From Octopus sinensis (taxonomy: Eukaryota): DNA of 26,527 nt. Both the position numbers and the translations under genes were made by a program. The stretch covers positions 1 to 26,527 of the forward strand of contig NW_021834027.1 in the NCBI RefSeq assembly GCF_006345805.1. The letters are read 5' to 3'. Each line of letters begins with the position of its first letter. Position 1 is the stretch's first letter. The notes beneath the pieces are model-generated. The model had not been told where the DNA came from. It made no database searches and was given only the letters and a program-made list of their open reading frames with translations. Shown in pieces: positions 1 through 11,221 of the stretch.

Positions 1-594
1 TACTTAGCGGTTCTACAAAGAAACTAACGAAGTGCTATAATAACTTCAGAGCAAAGGAAATAGAAATCACAACTTATGTGAAATACAAAGACGATTCTAC
101 GCCAAAAGGCGAGGTTTAAAAGGTCTTTCGGGAATACAGATGTAGACATGGCGGGGCAAGAGACACTCGTATGTTACCGTTGGGTAAATGATGCTGATGA
201 TGATAATGATAATGATAATCTATCATAACTTTCTCCTCCTCCTTCTTCTTCTTCGTTCTCTGTCTGTCTGTCTGTCTCTCTCCCCCTTTCTCCCTCTCTC
301 TCAGTCGTGTTGTCAACGGTCATTGCAAACGGAAATCTCATTTGTACGGATGCACAACAGCATCACCATTTCTTTTCTGTCCGTCTTTTATTCACTCCTT
401 AAAAATTCCAAATGCTGAATGAAAAAACAAAACAAACCATACAAATATAAACAACAACAAAAGCAAAAGAAAAAATGCACACCCCGCTCCAATCTGCACA
501 CGACCATCACCCCCACGCGATTCGGGTGCCATTCTCCTAGATGTTGCTATCGTTTGCATTCTCTTTCACTAGCTCACGCCACCATCACCGCTAC

Positions 595-980
595 ACCACC
601 ACCACCACCACCACCACCACCACACCACCCCACCACTACCACCACCACCACCACCACAACCACCACCACCAACAACAACAACATTGCTACCACCATCACT
701 GTCTACACTGCTACCATATCATCATCCCCACCATCACCGTACCACCACCACCAAAACCATCAACACTACCACCACTACCAGCACGGACACTAACCGGCAC
801 CACCACTGCCACCACCATCACCACGACGACGACCACCACCATCGACAGCATCTTCGACCACCAGCAGCGCCACATCACCATCAACGACAACACCTTCACC
901 ACCATCCTGAAAATGATATCCACTACCACCACCACCGCCACCACCACCATCACCACAACCACCACCACCACCACCACCAC
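595..980. repeat. Imperfect (CAC/ACC)n trinucleotide microsatellite
   Basis: Runs of accaccacc with aac/gac/atc variants; source of the poly-T/P/H ORFs in the track. Confidence 0.9.
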
Positions 981-1140
981 CATTATACGCTAACCATTAC
1001 CAATGGTACACTCTCTATCGAATTACCACTAATAGCACCCATTAGTGGGATCAACCTATAACTTCTAACTAAAACTCTCGTTGCTATGGCCGTTACTAAG
1101 GTAGTTTAGGTAAAAATTGCTTCTCTCCATCTCACGACTC

Positions 1141-1419
1141 ATATATGTGCATATATATAATATATATATATATATTATATAATATATATCTATTATATAT
1201 ATATATATATAATATATATAAGAATGTATCTATGTTGATATATGCCTATATATATATAATATATATATAAGGTATTTGTATGTACATATATGCCTATAAT
1301 ATATATTTATGTAAGTATACATGCATACATATACATACGTAAAATGTATATAAACATAGACACACACACACACATATATATGTAAATATAAATACATGTA
1401 TATATATATATATACGTAA

Positions 1420-1452
<33 letters not shown>

Positions 1453-1757
1453 ATATACACACAAACACGCACACACATACATATTATATGTGATGTAAGT
1501 GTGTGTGTGTGTTGTATTGTGTTGTCTGTGTGTGTATGTGCAACAGCTACGAAATTTTCTCCACGGACCCTACGGCCAAACATTCTACAAGAGACACTTG
1601 AAAATCAATTTAGTTTATAAGTATATCGTCCATTTATTTCCTTGTTTACTAATATAGATTCACGCATACACACCTACACGCACTCACACATATATAAATA
1701 CATACATATACACTTACATACTGCTATATATACATACATATATATATATATTATATA

Positions 1758-1825
<68 letters not shown>

Positions 1826-1832
1826 TTATATA
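1141..1832. repeat. Compound (TA)n/(CA)n/(TG)n microsatellite region
   Basis: Directly visible dinucleotide runs, interrupted by about 120 bp of unique sequence at 1540-1660. Confidence 0.9.
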
Positions 1833-2137
1833 AGTAGATGTAACTGTATACGTGTATGTGTGTATGCTTATAATGTATTTTAGAGTTCCTCATACATTTA
1901 CACGTGTTTTTTTTTATCCGAGAGTTTTTTTACTCGTTTTTAACAGTTATTTTTTGTATGTTTTTCTTCTGCTTTATTTTCTTTTCTCCGTTTATTCCTT
2001 GATAACTCGTGTTCTATTTTTGTTTTGTATTCTCTTATTCCTGTAAACTAATGTTCTTATTCTCCTGTTCGTCCATAGTTATGTGCCTATTCGAGCATCT
2101 TTAGTTTGTTAATGTGATTTGAGTATCTCCCCCCCCC

Positions 2138-2210
2138 ACACACACACACACTCACAGCACATTCATACACAGTTGTAGATATACATACGTATACGCATAC
2201 CTACATATAT

Positions 2211-2253
<43 letters not shown>

Positions 2254-2600
2254 TATATATAAACGCACACATACCTGGTAGAAAATGACTCTAATGAATG
2301 CGTTCATTTATTCAATGCATACACACACACACACACTTACACACGCACACACACATGTATATGTGTGCATACCTATTATACGTACGTATTACACGTATTC
2401 ACGTACATAGATTCGTGCATACATATGGACGTACACATGCATAGATCTTATATACATACAATTAGATAAACAGACACAAATACGTTCATATAACAATCAG
2501 TGACAAACATCCATTCATCCATACACGAATTCATTGATACGTATATACACATACACACACGTACACACACACACACACACGTACACACACACATATATAT
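2138..2600. repeat. (CA)n/(TA)n compound microsatellite
   Basis: Visible acacac/tatata runs. Confidence 0.85.
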
Positions 2601-2615
2601 GTAAACGTTCAAATC

Positions 2616-2992
2616 TATTCTTTTATTCTTTTCTTTTATTTGTTTCAGTCGTTTGACTGCGGACATGCTGGAGCAACGCCTTTAGTCGAAAAAATCGACC
2701 CCAGGACTTATTCTTTTGTAAGTCTAGTACTTATTCTATCGGTCTCCCTTGCCGAACCGCAAAGTTACGGAGACGCAAACACACCAGCATTGGTTGTTAA
2801 GCGATGGTGGGGGGACAAACACAGACGCACAAACATAAACACACACATACATATATATACGACGGGCTTCTTTCAGTTTCCGTCTACCAAATCCACTTAC
2901 AAGGCTTTGGTCAGTCTGAGGTGCCACGCACTAGGACTGAACCCGGAACCATGTGGTTGGTAAGCAAGCTACTTACCATACGGCCACTCCTA
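2616..2992 (-). mobile_element. tRNA-derived SINE, family B (octopus-type), near full length with a small internal deletion
   Basis: Minus strand reads ggagtggccgtatggtaag (A-box-like)...ggttccgggttcagtcc (B-box-like)...gacggaaactgaaagaagcccgtcg, an internal TA/TG microsatellite, then gataga-ataagtac...ggggtcga core and an A-rich tail. Colinear with 22413-22805. Confidence 0.9.
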
Positions 2993-3131
2993 TTACATAT
3001 ATATTTACACATGCTAACGTACATACATATACAGATACGTATGTACATACATAGGTGCGTATATACGAATATGTGTGCATAAGTATACATACATATATAC
3101 AGAAGTTCAAACGTGCATTCACACATTAAAA

Positions 3132-3388
3132 TAGGGATCGGGGGCTCTTCCTCGTTCCATATGCTTATAAGGAACGTTTCGCCCGCATTCTGCGAAGCAC
3201 ACATTCCCCACTCCGGGTAGACAACGGCCGTCTGTTGCAAGGTTACTTATTTTGCCTGTTGAGTGGACACGAACCACGGGAATTGTATTGTTTGGCTCAA
3301 GAGTACAACGCATAACCCGGTCAGGAATCGAAACTGCAATCTTACTATCATGAGTCTAACACCCTAACCATTAAGCGGCGTACCTCCA
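3132..3388 (-). mobile_element. Old tRNA-derived SINE, family C (CORE-like central domain)
   Basis: Minus strand: taatggttagggtgttagactcatgat...gtttcgattcctgacc (A/B boxes), then cttgagc...gtccactcaacaggcaaaa, shared with 11222-11537 and 25857-25992. Confidence 0.75.
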
Positions 3389-3539
3389 CATAGTCATACC
3401 TATTTACTTAGAAGACTGGAGGTATTAACCACAAATGTTGTCATTTGTAAACACCCTGGAAAGAGCTCTATACAATGATGGGGTAGGTCGAACAGTCTGG
3501 AATAGAATGGGAAGAAAACTACTATATAACGATGAATAT

Positions 3540-3773
3540 ATTTATTTCTTTATTGCCCACATGAGGCTAAACATAGAGGGGATAAACAAGGACAGACTGA
3601 CAAAGGGATTAAGTTGATTACATCGACCCCAGCGCGTAACTGGTATTTATTTAATTGACCTCGAAAGGATGAAAGGCAAAGTCGACTTCGATGGAATTTT
3701 AACTCAGAACGTAATGGCAGACAAAATACCGCTAAGCACTTCGCCCAGCGTGCTAACGATTGGGGTCGCCGCC
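3540..3773 (-). mobile_element. tRNA-derived SINE, family A (tail type 1) with 14 bp TSD
   Basis: Reverse complement of the ggcggcga...gagttcaaattcc...gtcgactttgcctttcatcc consensus seen at 18966. Flanked by ataacgatgaatat at 3526-3539 and 3776-3789. Confidence 0.93.
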
Positions 3774-4224
3774 CAATAACGATGAATATGTTGAGAACGT
3801 TGGAGCGAAAGGATATTAGTGGAATCTAAGAATAAAAGCAGTAACTATATTAAAACATAACTGACTTGATACTGTTGTCAGGAACCATAAAAGCGATAAG
3901 TTCCATTGTGGGAATCAACAACCGGCATCACACTAATATGGCGACAAAAATACAAGGGCCATCGATGAGGAGTTGGTAAATCCAGTTTTGAAAATAACCG
4001 ACCAGGACTCCAAGGGATTGGGTGGTTCCTGTTGTTATTCGCTAAATTAATTTAAGAAAAGAAAAACAGAATTTTGGAAAAGAATGTTAGAAATCTTTTT
4101 TGTTTGTTTGTTGCTGTTATTTTTCTGTTTATGTGTTTTATTTTTTATTTACTTTCTCACACTTTTTTTCTCACCTTGCCTTCCTCGGTGGTTTTGTCAA
4201 CCCATTTGGGTTAAATAAAGAAAA

Positions 4225-4248
4225 ACTACTACTACTACTACTACTACT

Positions 4249-4281
<33 letters not shown>

Positions 4282-4503
4282 CACCACCACCACCACCACC
4301 ACCACCACCACCACTACTACTACCACCACCACCACCACCACCACCACCACCACTACTACTACCACCACCACCACCACCACACCACCACCCCACCACCACC
4401 ACCACTACTACTACCACCACCACCACCACCACCACCACACTACCTACCACCACCACCACCACCCACCACTACTACTACTACTACCACCACCACCACCACC
4501 ACC

Positions 4504-4541
<38 letters not shown>

Positions 4542-4849
4542 CTACTACCACCACCACCACCACCACCCACCACCACCACTACTACACCACCACCACCACC
4601 ACCACCACCACCACCACCACCACCACTACTACTACCACCACCACCACCCACCACCACCACTACTACCACACCACCACCACCACACCACCACCACCACCAC
4701 CACCACTACTACTACACCACCACCACCACCACCACCACTACTACCACCACCACCACCACCACCACCACCACTACCACCACCACCACCACTACTACTACCA
4801 CCACCACCACCACCACCACTACTACTACTACCACCACACCACCACCACC

Positions 4850-4909
<60 letters not shown>

Positions 4910-4924
4910 GTTGCTGCTGCTGCT
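4225..4924. repeat. About 700 bp compound (CTA)n/(CCA)n/(CTG)n trinucleotide array
   Basis: Visible in sequence with repeated phase slips; produces the spurious 283 aa ORF. Confidence 0.95.
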
Positions 4925-4926
4925 AA

Positions 4927-5145
4927 GGCGGCGAGCTGGCAGAATCGTTAGCACGCCGGGCAAAATGCTTGGCGACATTTCGTCCGTCTTTAGGCCCAGA
5001 GTTCAAATTCCGCCGAGGTCGACTGTGCCTGTCATCATTCTGGGGTCAATGAAATAAGTACCAGTTGAATGCTGGGGGGGGGGGTGCGATGTAATCGATT
5101 ATCCCTCTCCTCCAAACTTGCTGGCCTTGTGCGAAAATTTGAAAC

Positions 5146-5204
<59 letters not shown>
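4927..5204 (+). mobile_element. tRNA-derived SINE, family A (tail type 2) ending in (TTA)n
   Basis: ggcggcgagctggcagaatcgttagc head, gagttcaaattcc B-box, gtcgac...ataagtaccagtt core, ggccttgtgcgaaaatttgaaacc tail, then (TTA)n at 5148-5204. Confidence 0.92.
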
Positions 5205-5205
<1 letters not shown>

Positions 5206-5358
5206 GTTTTCTTTCCATCTTAGCTTCGAAGTCCCAAACATAAAACATAGAACTACTCTTACGCAAAACTAACATAAGATCCAATTAGTTCCATAAAGTA
5301 ACTGTCGCCCCCACATAGAAAAAACAACCCCTCCAAAAACAGTCTCTAGAATCACATT

Positions 5359-5390
<32 letters not shown>

Positions 5391-5859
5391 GTACACACAC
5401 ACACACACGTGCGCATACACACACACACACACATGAAACACAGTGGTTTACTCGTATAACCGGTCATCTTTTCTAATCGAATTACGCACTTAACGAGGTC
5501 GAAAGTGTTGATCGTTCAGTCAACATCACACCAAATGATCTCAGTAGATATTTAGCAAACACTGGAAGCTGATAAAGGTCTGCCGTTAAAATTCGCCCTA
5601 AAAACCGCCCCAAGAAGGGAAATCTCTTGGTCATTATCAATTAGTTGGCTGTTTAAATGTCGAAAATATCGATTATTTAACTTTCCCTCCGACTGATCAT
5701 TTCGTTAGTGCTTCGTGTTGACCAATCATCGTAAGTAGGACTAATTTGGTATCCGACCAACGAACGAGACAGATTCTAACATGCTATCTCGAATGGCCTG
5801 CATGCTAGAAATAACAGCTAAAGATTTCTCTCAAATCCTCACTGCCAACAGTTTGTGCC

Positions 5860-5892
5860 ACAACAACGACAACTACAAAAACAACAACAACA

Positions 5893-5968
<76 letters not shown>
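5860..5968. repeat. (CAA)n-(CTA)n-(CTG)n compound microsatellite
   Basis: Directly visible. Confidence 0.9.
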
Positions 5969-5969
<1 letters not shown>

Positions 5970-6204
5970 AACGCTACAATTATTACTTTACACTTATAAA
6001 GGTAAAATTATGCAGTCATCCAAGATGGTAGCACCATCGTATCCTTTTAGGTAGCATAATCCGAAAGCCAAGAATTAAGGTACTCCAATAATTGAGTACC
6101 TCAACGAAGGTACTCTAATAGTTAAGTGAATTGGCTGAGTAGAGGTGGGAAATTGCGAACTCATCTCTCTTGCCACAGCTTTTTGTTGGTTCTTTCTCCA
6201 TAAA

Positions 6205-6330
6205 TGGTTCGGGGTTCAGTGCCATTGCGTGGCACCTTCGGCATGTATCGTCTAATATAGCTGCGGGCAGACCAAAGCTTTGGGAGTGGATTTGGGAGAC
6301 GGAAACTAAAAGAAGCCCGTAGCATATATA
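6205..6330 (+). mobile_element. Family B SINE 5' portion, interrupted at its internal TA run by a mariner element
   Basis: tggttcggggttcagtgccattgcgtggcacc...gacggaaactaaaagaagcccgtagcatatata matches the reverse complement of the copies at 2616-2992 and 22413-22805. Confidence 0.85.
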
Positions 6331-7110
6331 CAGGGTGTTTCAAAAATTTGATATCATTTCGCAATCTAATAATTTTGCCAGTTCTTGTTCAAATGACTTC
6401 AAATTTTAACAGCAAATGTAGAAAGTTTATGTCTAATGTTTGATGTGTTTATCTTTTCAGGTACAGAAATGGTATTCACTGGAAGAGAAAAGGTGTTTTG
6501 TGTGATGGAGTATGCTCGAACACAGCCAAACGAGACTGTCCAGCGTGCATTTGTGAGAGATTTCTCTAAAAAGTCACCCACGGAAATACAGATTTGAACA
6601 TGGAACAAAAAATTCAAAGAGGAAGGCTGTCTGTGCAAGACAAAAGGATCTGGACGAGCATTAACATCGGAAGAGACGGTCGAGCGGGTTCGCCAGAAAC
6701 TCTTGCGAAACCCCAAAAAGCCCATAAGAAGAACAAGTCTGGAAACCCACATTCCCCCAACGACAGTTTGGCGCGTCCTGAGGAAACGCTTGCTAATGAA
6801 ACCCTACAAGCTGCAGCTCATTCAGCAACAACGGCAGATGACAAGCGAAAGCGCAAACAATTCTGTGTTGATCTGCAAGAGAAACTTGAAGAAGCCGACA
6901 TCAAGGAATGTCTTGTTTTCAAAGATGAGCCCACATTTCATACGAGTGGCAAAATCTATAAGCATAATGTTCGCATTTGGGGCAAAGGAAATCCCCATGC
7001 CACAGTTGAGCATGAGAGGGACTCACCAAAAGTGAATGTGTTCTGCGCCATCTCCAAGAAGCATCTTCATGGCCCGTTTTTGTGAAATCGTTCATGGGAT
7101 CCACATACCT
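6331..7110 (+). mobile_element. Tc1/mariner DNA transposon (DD41D/rosa-like), left half only
   Basis: Begins TA|CAGGGTGTTTCAAAAA, a TA target plus typical TIR start. Carries the transposase pseudogene below. No right TIR found downstream. Confidence 0.88.
6469..7085 (+). pseudogene. Decayed Tc1/mariner transposase with DUF4817-like HTH N-terminus
   Basis: MVFTGREKVFCVMEYARTQPNETVQRAF...I*TWNKKFKEEGCLC...SGR...TTVWRVLRKRLLMKPYKLQLIQ, frameshift near 6828, then ...LVFKDEPTFHTSG...HNVRIWG...SPKVNVFCAIS...GPF. Stop at 6595-6597; truncated before the second catalytic Asp. Confidence 0.9.
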
Positions 7111-7295
7111 TTGTCTCATTCATATTTAGGGGAATAAATCAGCCAACAACTGATGAAGGGTCGTTCTTTATGTTGTTTCTTTTGTTTTTCTTTTGTGCCT
7201 TTCATTGTTCGAAAGAATAGTTCATGTCCCATGTACTCGTGCTTCATAATTTTTTGTTGTACACGTTTCTGACATCCTGTGCCCACATATGCACA

Positions 7296-7782
<487 letters not shown>

Positions 7783-8080
7783 TTGTGTCTTGGGAGGGTC
7801 ATTATTCTTCCCAAGTCGCAAGATTTGTTTCAAAACACGAATTTACAAGAAAAGTCTTGCAAATCAAATGCAAAAATGAAGGGAACCCCCACCCACACGC
7901 ACGCGCTTGCGCGTACACACACATCGTTGTTCCGAAAGCCTGAAAAATGTTGGAAGCAGATTTATACACCTTTGAAGTATCGTATAAATAAAAACACACA
8001 CGCAAACGCATACAGGCACTCTCATAAATACACACACAAAACACACGCAGACACACACAGACATACGCATATATAGAAAA

Positions 8081-8143
<63 letters not shown>

Positions 8144-8415
8144 TATATATACATACATAAAACGAAATGAACTTAACCATTGCAGCGCTAGATTTCGCTC
8201 TGTATAGCATCGATATATATCTTAATATAGCTATAATATCAATATATACACTCGGAGGGGAAATAATTAAGTTGAGTCACAAGATCGAACCCGCTTCCTC
8301 TCCATCTCAAAGATGAAAGCATTTTTAACACCAATTCCTATTCCGAAGAATTCTAGACCACAATTTTACATACGCGTCCTCTCGCAGGATATTCGGTCTC
8401 GTTTCATGTCACGCT

Positions 8416-8440
8416 GTTGCCTAGCAACCGATGACGTCAT
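8416..8440. promoter_or_regulatory. RFX X-box plus palindromic CRE/ATF composite motif (candidate enhancer)
   Basis: GTTGCCTAGCAAC (8416-8428) fits GTNRCC-N-RGYAAC; ATGACGTCAT (8431-8440) is a perfect CRE palindrome; locally CpG-rich unique sequence. Confidence 0.5.
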
Positions 8441-8503
8441 CTCTGCTAATAACGGCTGTTTATATACTCTATGCTGCTTTCCGCAGTTTTGTCATGTTAT
8501 TTA

Positions 8504-8556
<53 letters not shown>

Positions 8557-8990
8557 TATATATATATCTATATTTGTATTGCTTTGTTTTTCTACAGTCT
8601 TTATATTTTTCAATATTTGTTGTTACTGTTGTTGGTGTTGTTGTTGTTGCTGTTTTTATTGTTATTTACCCTAGGTCTGATGTGATTGAGAGTATCCATG
8701 TTTAAAGTTTTCTAGACTGATTGGCCGTCCCGTCTTTTTAAGGACACCGAGGACTACATTACCTCACGTGACCTTCTCTTTAAGGCGGTAACAGAGGAAT
8801 ATGAAAGAATTCTGCTATTATTTCTAACACATTGGGCAACCGTACACAATCTCTGGTAAACATGATTATTTTTACACAGCCGGTATTGTCTTCTTCTTCT
8901 TCTTCTTCTTCTTCCAATCAGGACTCACGCCATTAGCCACAAAGAATAATCTCTAATTCGAGCCTATTCTAATCTACTAAGAATGCGTGT

Positions 8991-9051
8991 GGTAACTTGA
9001 AGACCAGCCCACCACACGCGGTTGCACGGGCGCGAAAGCTACGTTGTTATC
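8991..9051 (+). ncRNA. Minimal type I hammerhead-ribozyme-like motif (Penelope-type), imperfect
   Basis: GGUAAC-UUGAAGA-ccaGCCC...GGGCgc-GAAA-gcuacg-UU-GUUAUC: 6 bp helix I, C3U-variant core, GAAA, GUU triplet. The top pair of helix II is C-C. Confidence 0.55.
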
Positions 9052-9194
9052 CTCATTCCATAAACGGTGGTTTTAACGGGTGGAGAGCTGAACCATCTTG
9101 GGGTACAGAGGATTAGCAATCTAGACTAGGGACTGAAGGTTTACCACACCATAGTGGGTTACACCATAGTTCCTCTGCTTTGTGGCAGAATAAG

Positions 9195-9376
9195 GAAGAA
9201 AGACTGAAAGTTGTGGTGAAAGAGTACAGCGGGGTTCACCATCTCTCCACACCGGAGCCACGTAGAGTTTAGATGCTTTTGCTCAATAAACACTCACAAT
9301 GCCCGGTCTGGGAATCGAAATCGCGTTCTTACGACCGCGAGTCCGCCGCCCTAACCACTGGGCCATTGCGTCTCCA
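9195..9376 (-). mobile_element. tRNA-derived SINE head (family C-related), 3'-truncated
   Basis: Minus strand: ggagacgcaatggcccagtggttagggcggcggactcgcggtcgtaag...tttcgattcccagaccggg gives clear A- and B-boxes in a tRNA-like head. Confidence 0.8.
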
Positions 9377-9448
9377 CTTGTTGTTGTTGTTGCAGTTGCT
9401 ATCGTTCTTGTTTCTGTTGCTGTCGTTAATATTACTATTGTTGACGAA

Positions 9449-9846
9449 GGCGGCGAGCTGGCAGAATCGTTAGCACGCCGGACGAAATGCTTAGCAGCAT
9501 TTCGTCTGCCGTTGAGTTCTGAGTTCAAATTTCGACGAGGTCGACTTTGCCTTTCATCCTTTCGGGGTCGATTAAATAAGTACCAGTTACACACTGGGGT
9601 CTATATAATTGACTTAATCCGTTTGTCTGTCCTTGTTTGTTCCCTCTGTGTTTAGCCCTTTGTGGGTAGTAAAGAAATAGGTATTTCGCCCAGTTTTACG
9701 TTCTGGGTTCAAATGACGCCGAGGCGGACTTTGCCATTAATACTTTCGGCGTGGATAAAATAAGTACCAGTTGTGTACTGGGTTCGATGTAATCGATTTA
9801 CCCGCTTCCCTGAAATTTCTGACCGTGTGCCAAAATATGAAACCAG
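9449..9846 (+). mobile_element. Tandem or nested family A SINE pair (full tail-1 unit plus headless tail-2 unit)
   Basis: Unit 1 spans 9449-9679 and ends aaagaaata. Unit 2 restarts at ggtatttcg (about 9680) with B-box, core and a tgtgccaaaatatgaaacc tail. Confidence 0.9.
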
Positions 9847-10083
9847 TATTACTGTTGTTGATGATGTTTGTGCAATTATGATTGTTTTCGGTGTTGTTGC
9901 TGTTGTTTCTGATCGCTGTTGCAGCTGTTGTCGTTACTCTTTTATAATCGAAGACATTCTAGCCGTACCTATCCCGTCTTCTTGTATACCAATAAATCCA
10001 TTTTTTTTACATGGCCCTTTTTGCTTGAGATGGTGAGCGATTTGGAGCAAAAATATTTCAAACTTTTGTAAAACTGGTTTGGT

Positions 10084-10464
10084 TCAACGTGTAATTTCTG
10101 AAATATAGAGTTTGCCCCATTAAAAGGTAACTGCCTAAAGAAAAGTTTATTCAGTATATGAACGAGCTACAAATCAACAAGATATGTAGAGATTATAGAA
10201 CGCTCTTTCAAAAGTCACCCATAACATCACAATAGTTAATTCCATCTGCGCTAAAAGAAGACCACAGCACTTTCAGAGTACATGTGGAAATTGAGAGAAA
10301 CAAAAGAAAGATTACCAAAATTCTTATGAGAAGGCAATTAGGAATGCGACATGTGTCATGTTACCTCTACCTTGCCACCTACCGTAATCCTAAGAACGAA
10401 TATCAAGAACGAACTAATTTCGTTTTGCCGACACAAGTCCAAATTTGTCCTCGCTGATGCGTGT
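10084..10464 (+). pseudogene. Decayed Penelope-like retroelement C-terminus (Cys-rich linker plus GIY-YIG endonuclease)
   Basis: Across stops and frameshifts: TCNF*NIEF-PLKGNCLKKSL...RYVEIIERSFKSH...TTALSEYMWKLRE...CDMC...NELISFCRHKSKFVL, matching the recalled PLE pattern CNC..CPL.G.CL...YIG...FK.R...LS.YIW.LK...C.LC...EL.S.CRH..KF.L. Confidence 0.8.
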
Positions 10465-10761
10465 CAGCCGATAGCCGACATGCAAGCTTGTCAGATCCAT
10501 TCTGTTCCTTTCTTTTCCAGTCTGTTGGCGTATACGGCAGTAAAACGATATACGTAATCGGGCAAAATTATATATTGGTTGTAATCTTCGTATTTACCAT
10601 ACATTCACTAACACACCTGCACGTACGCGGCTGTCTGTCTGTATGTATGGATGTATCTTTGTGTGTATGTATGTGTGTTTATGTATGTAATTATATTTAT
10701 ATGTATGATAGCATGTATATATGTGTCTGCATGTGTGTGCCCATATATATATATATATATA

Positions 10762-11209
10762 CTAATGGTACAGCCCGGCGTTGCTCGGGTTTGTTTTTTT
10801 AGTTGCGCTTAAAACGGCAGACTTTGATGTCACGTTAAAAAAGTTTTGACATGGTTTCAATCTCTTTTGAAAAGTAAAAATTTTGCATTATGTAGCTTGT
10901 TATTCCCTTTAAGTGAACATTTTCTGGTTGAAATACATCGAAAAATGGCGACACAGCAGTCAAAAAATCGTAAAAAATAGGGATTTTCATAGAAAAAAAG
11001 CACCTTTTTGAAGTAAATAATTTTTGGTATTAACATGGTCCGATTTGAATTTTTTCTTCTACGGAATAAAGAGCAAGCCTTCTATCATACTCTCAATTTT
11101 GGTCAACTTGCGTCGCAGGGTCTTGGAGGAGATAGTGTTAGTTGAAGGCTACCAAACCTATCACACACACACACAGACACACAGACAACTTCAGCTTTAT
11201 ATGTATAGA
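10762..11209 (-). mobile_element. Non-autonomous Helitron, 448 bp
   Basis: Minus strand reads A|TCtatacatataaagc...cccgagcaacgccggg-ctgtacca-TTAG|T: 5' TC, subterminal GC-rich hairpin (10774-10789), CTAG-like 3' end, inserted between A and T, no TSD. Confidence 0.82.
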
Positions 11210-11221
11210 TATACAAAAACT

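Noticed and set aside
3-119. Open frame from the left edge (LSGSTKKLTKCYNNFRAKEIEITTYVKYKDDSTPKGEV*) and a possible intron at 184-304
   Set aside because: Only 38 codons with no recognisable homology; the first bases (acttagcggttc) resemble a family B SINE fragment, and the acceptor's pyrimidine tract is a CT microsatellite.
419-1061. His/Thr/Pro-rich ORFs
   Set aside because: Open in several frames and on both strands because of the CAC repeat; no complex coding sequence.
3443-3459. tttgtaaacaccctgg resembling the mariner right TIR
   Set aside because: Lies upstream of the left TIR and faces away from it, is imperfect, and lacks the TA; it cannot pair with 6331.
4100-4951. 283 aa ORF
   Set aside because: Translation of a stop-free trinucleotide array ending in a SINE head.
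8717-8726. CTGATTGGCC as a Y-box completing an MHC-II-like module
   Set aside because: About 280 bp from the X-box rather than about 20 bp, and apparently within an old repeat resembling 9950-9985.
9300-9376. tRNA gene
   Set aside because: A/B boxes are present but there is no complete acceptor stem or poly-T terminator, and it continues into SINE body; the same applies to the other SINE heads.
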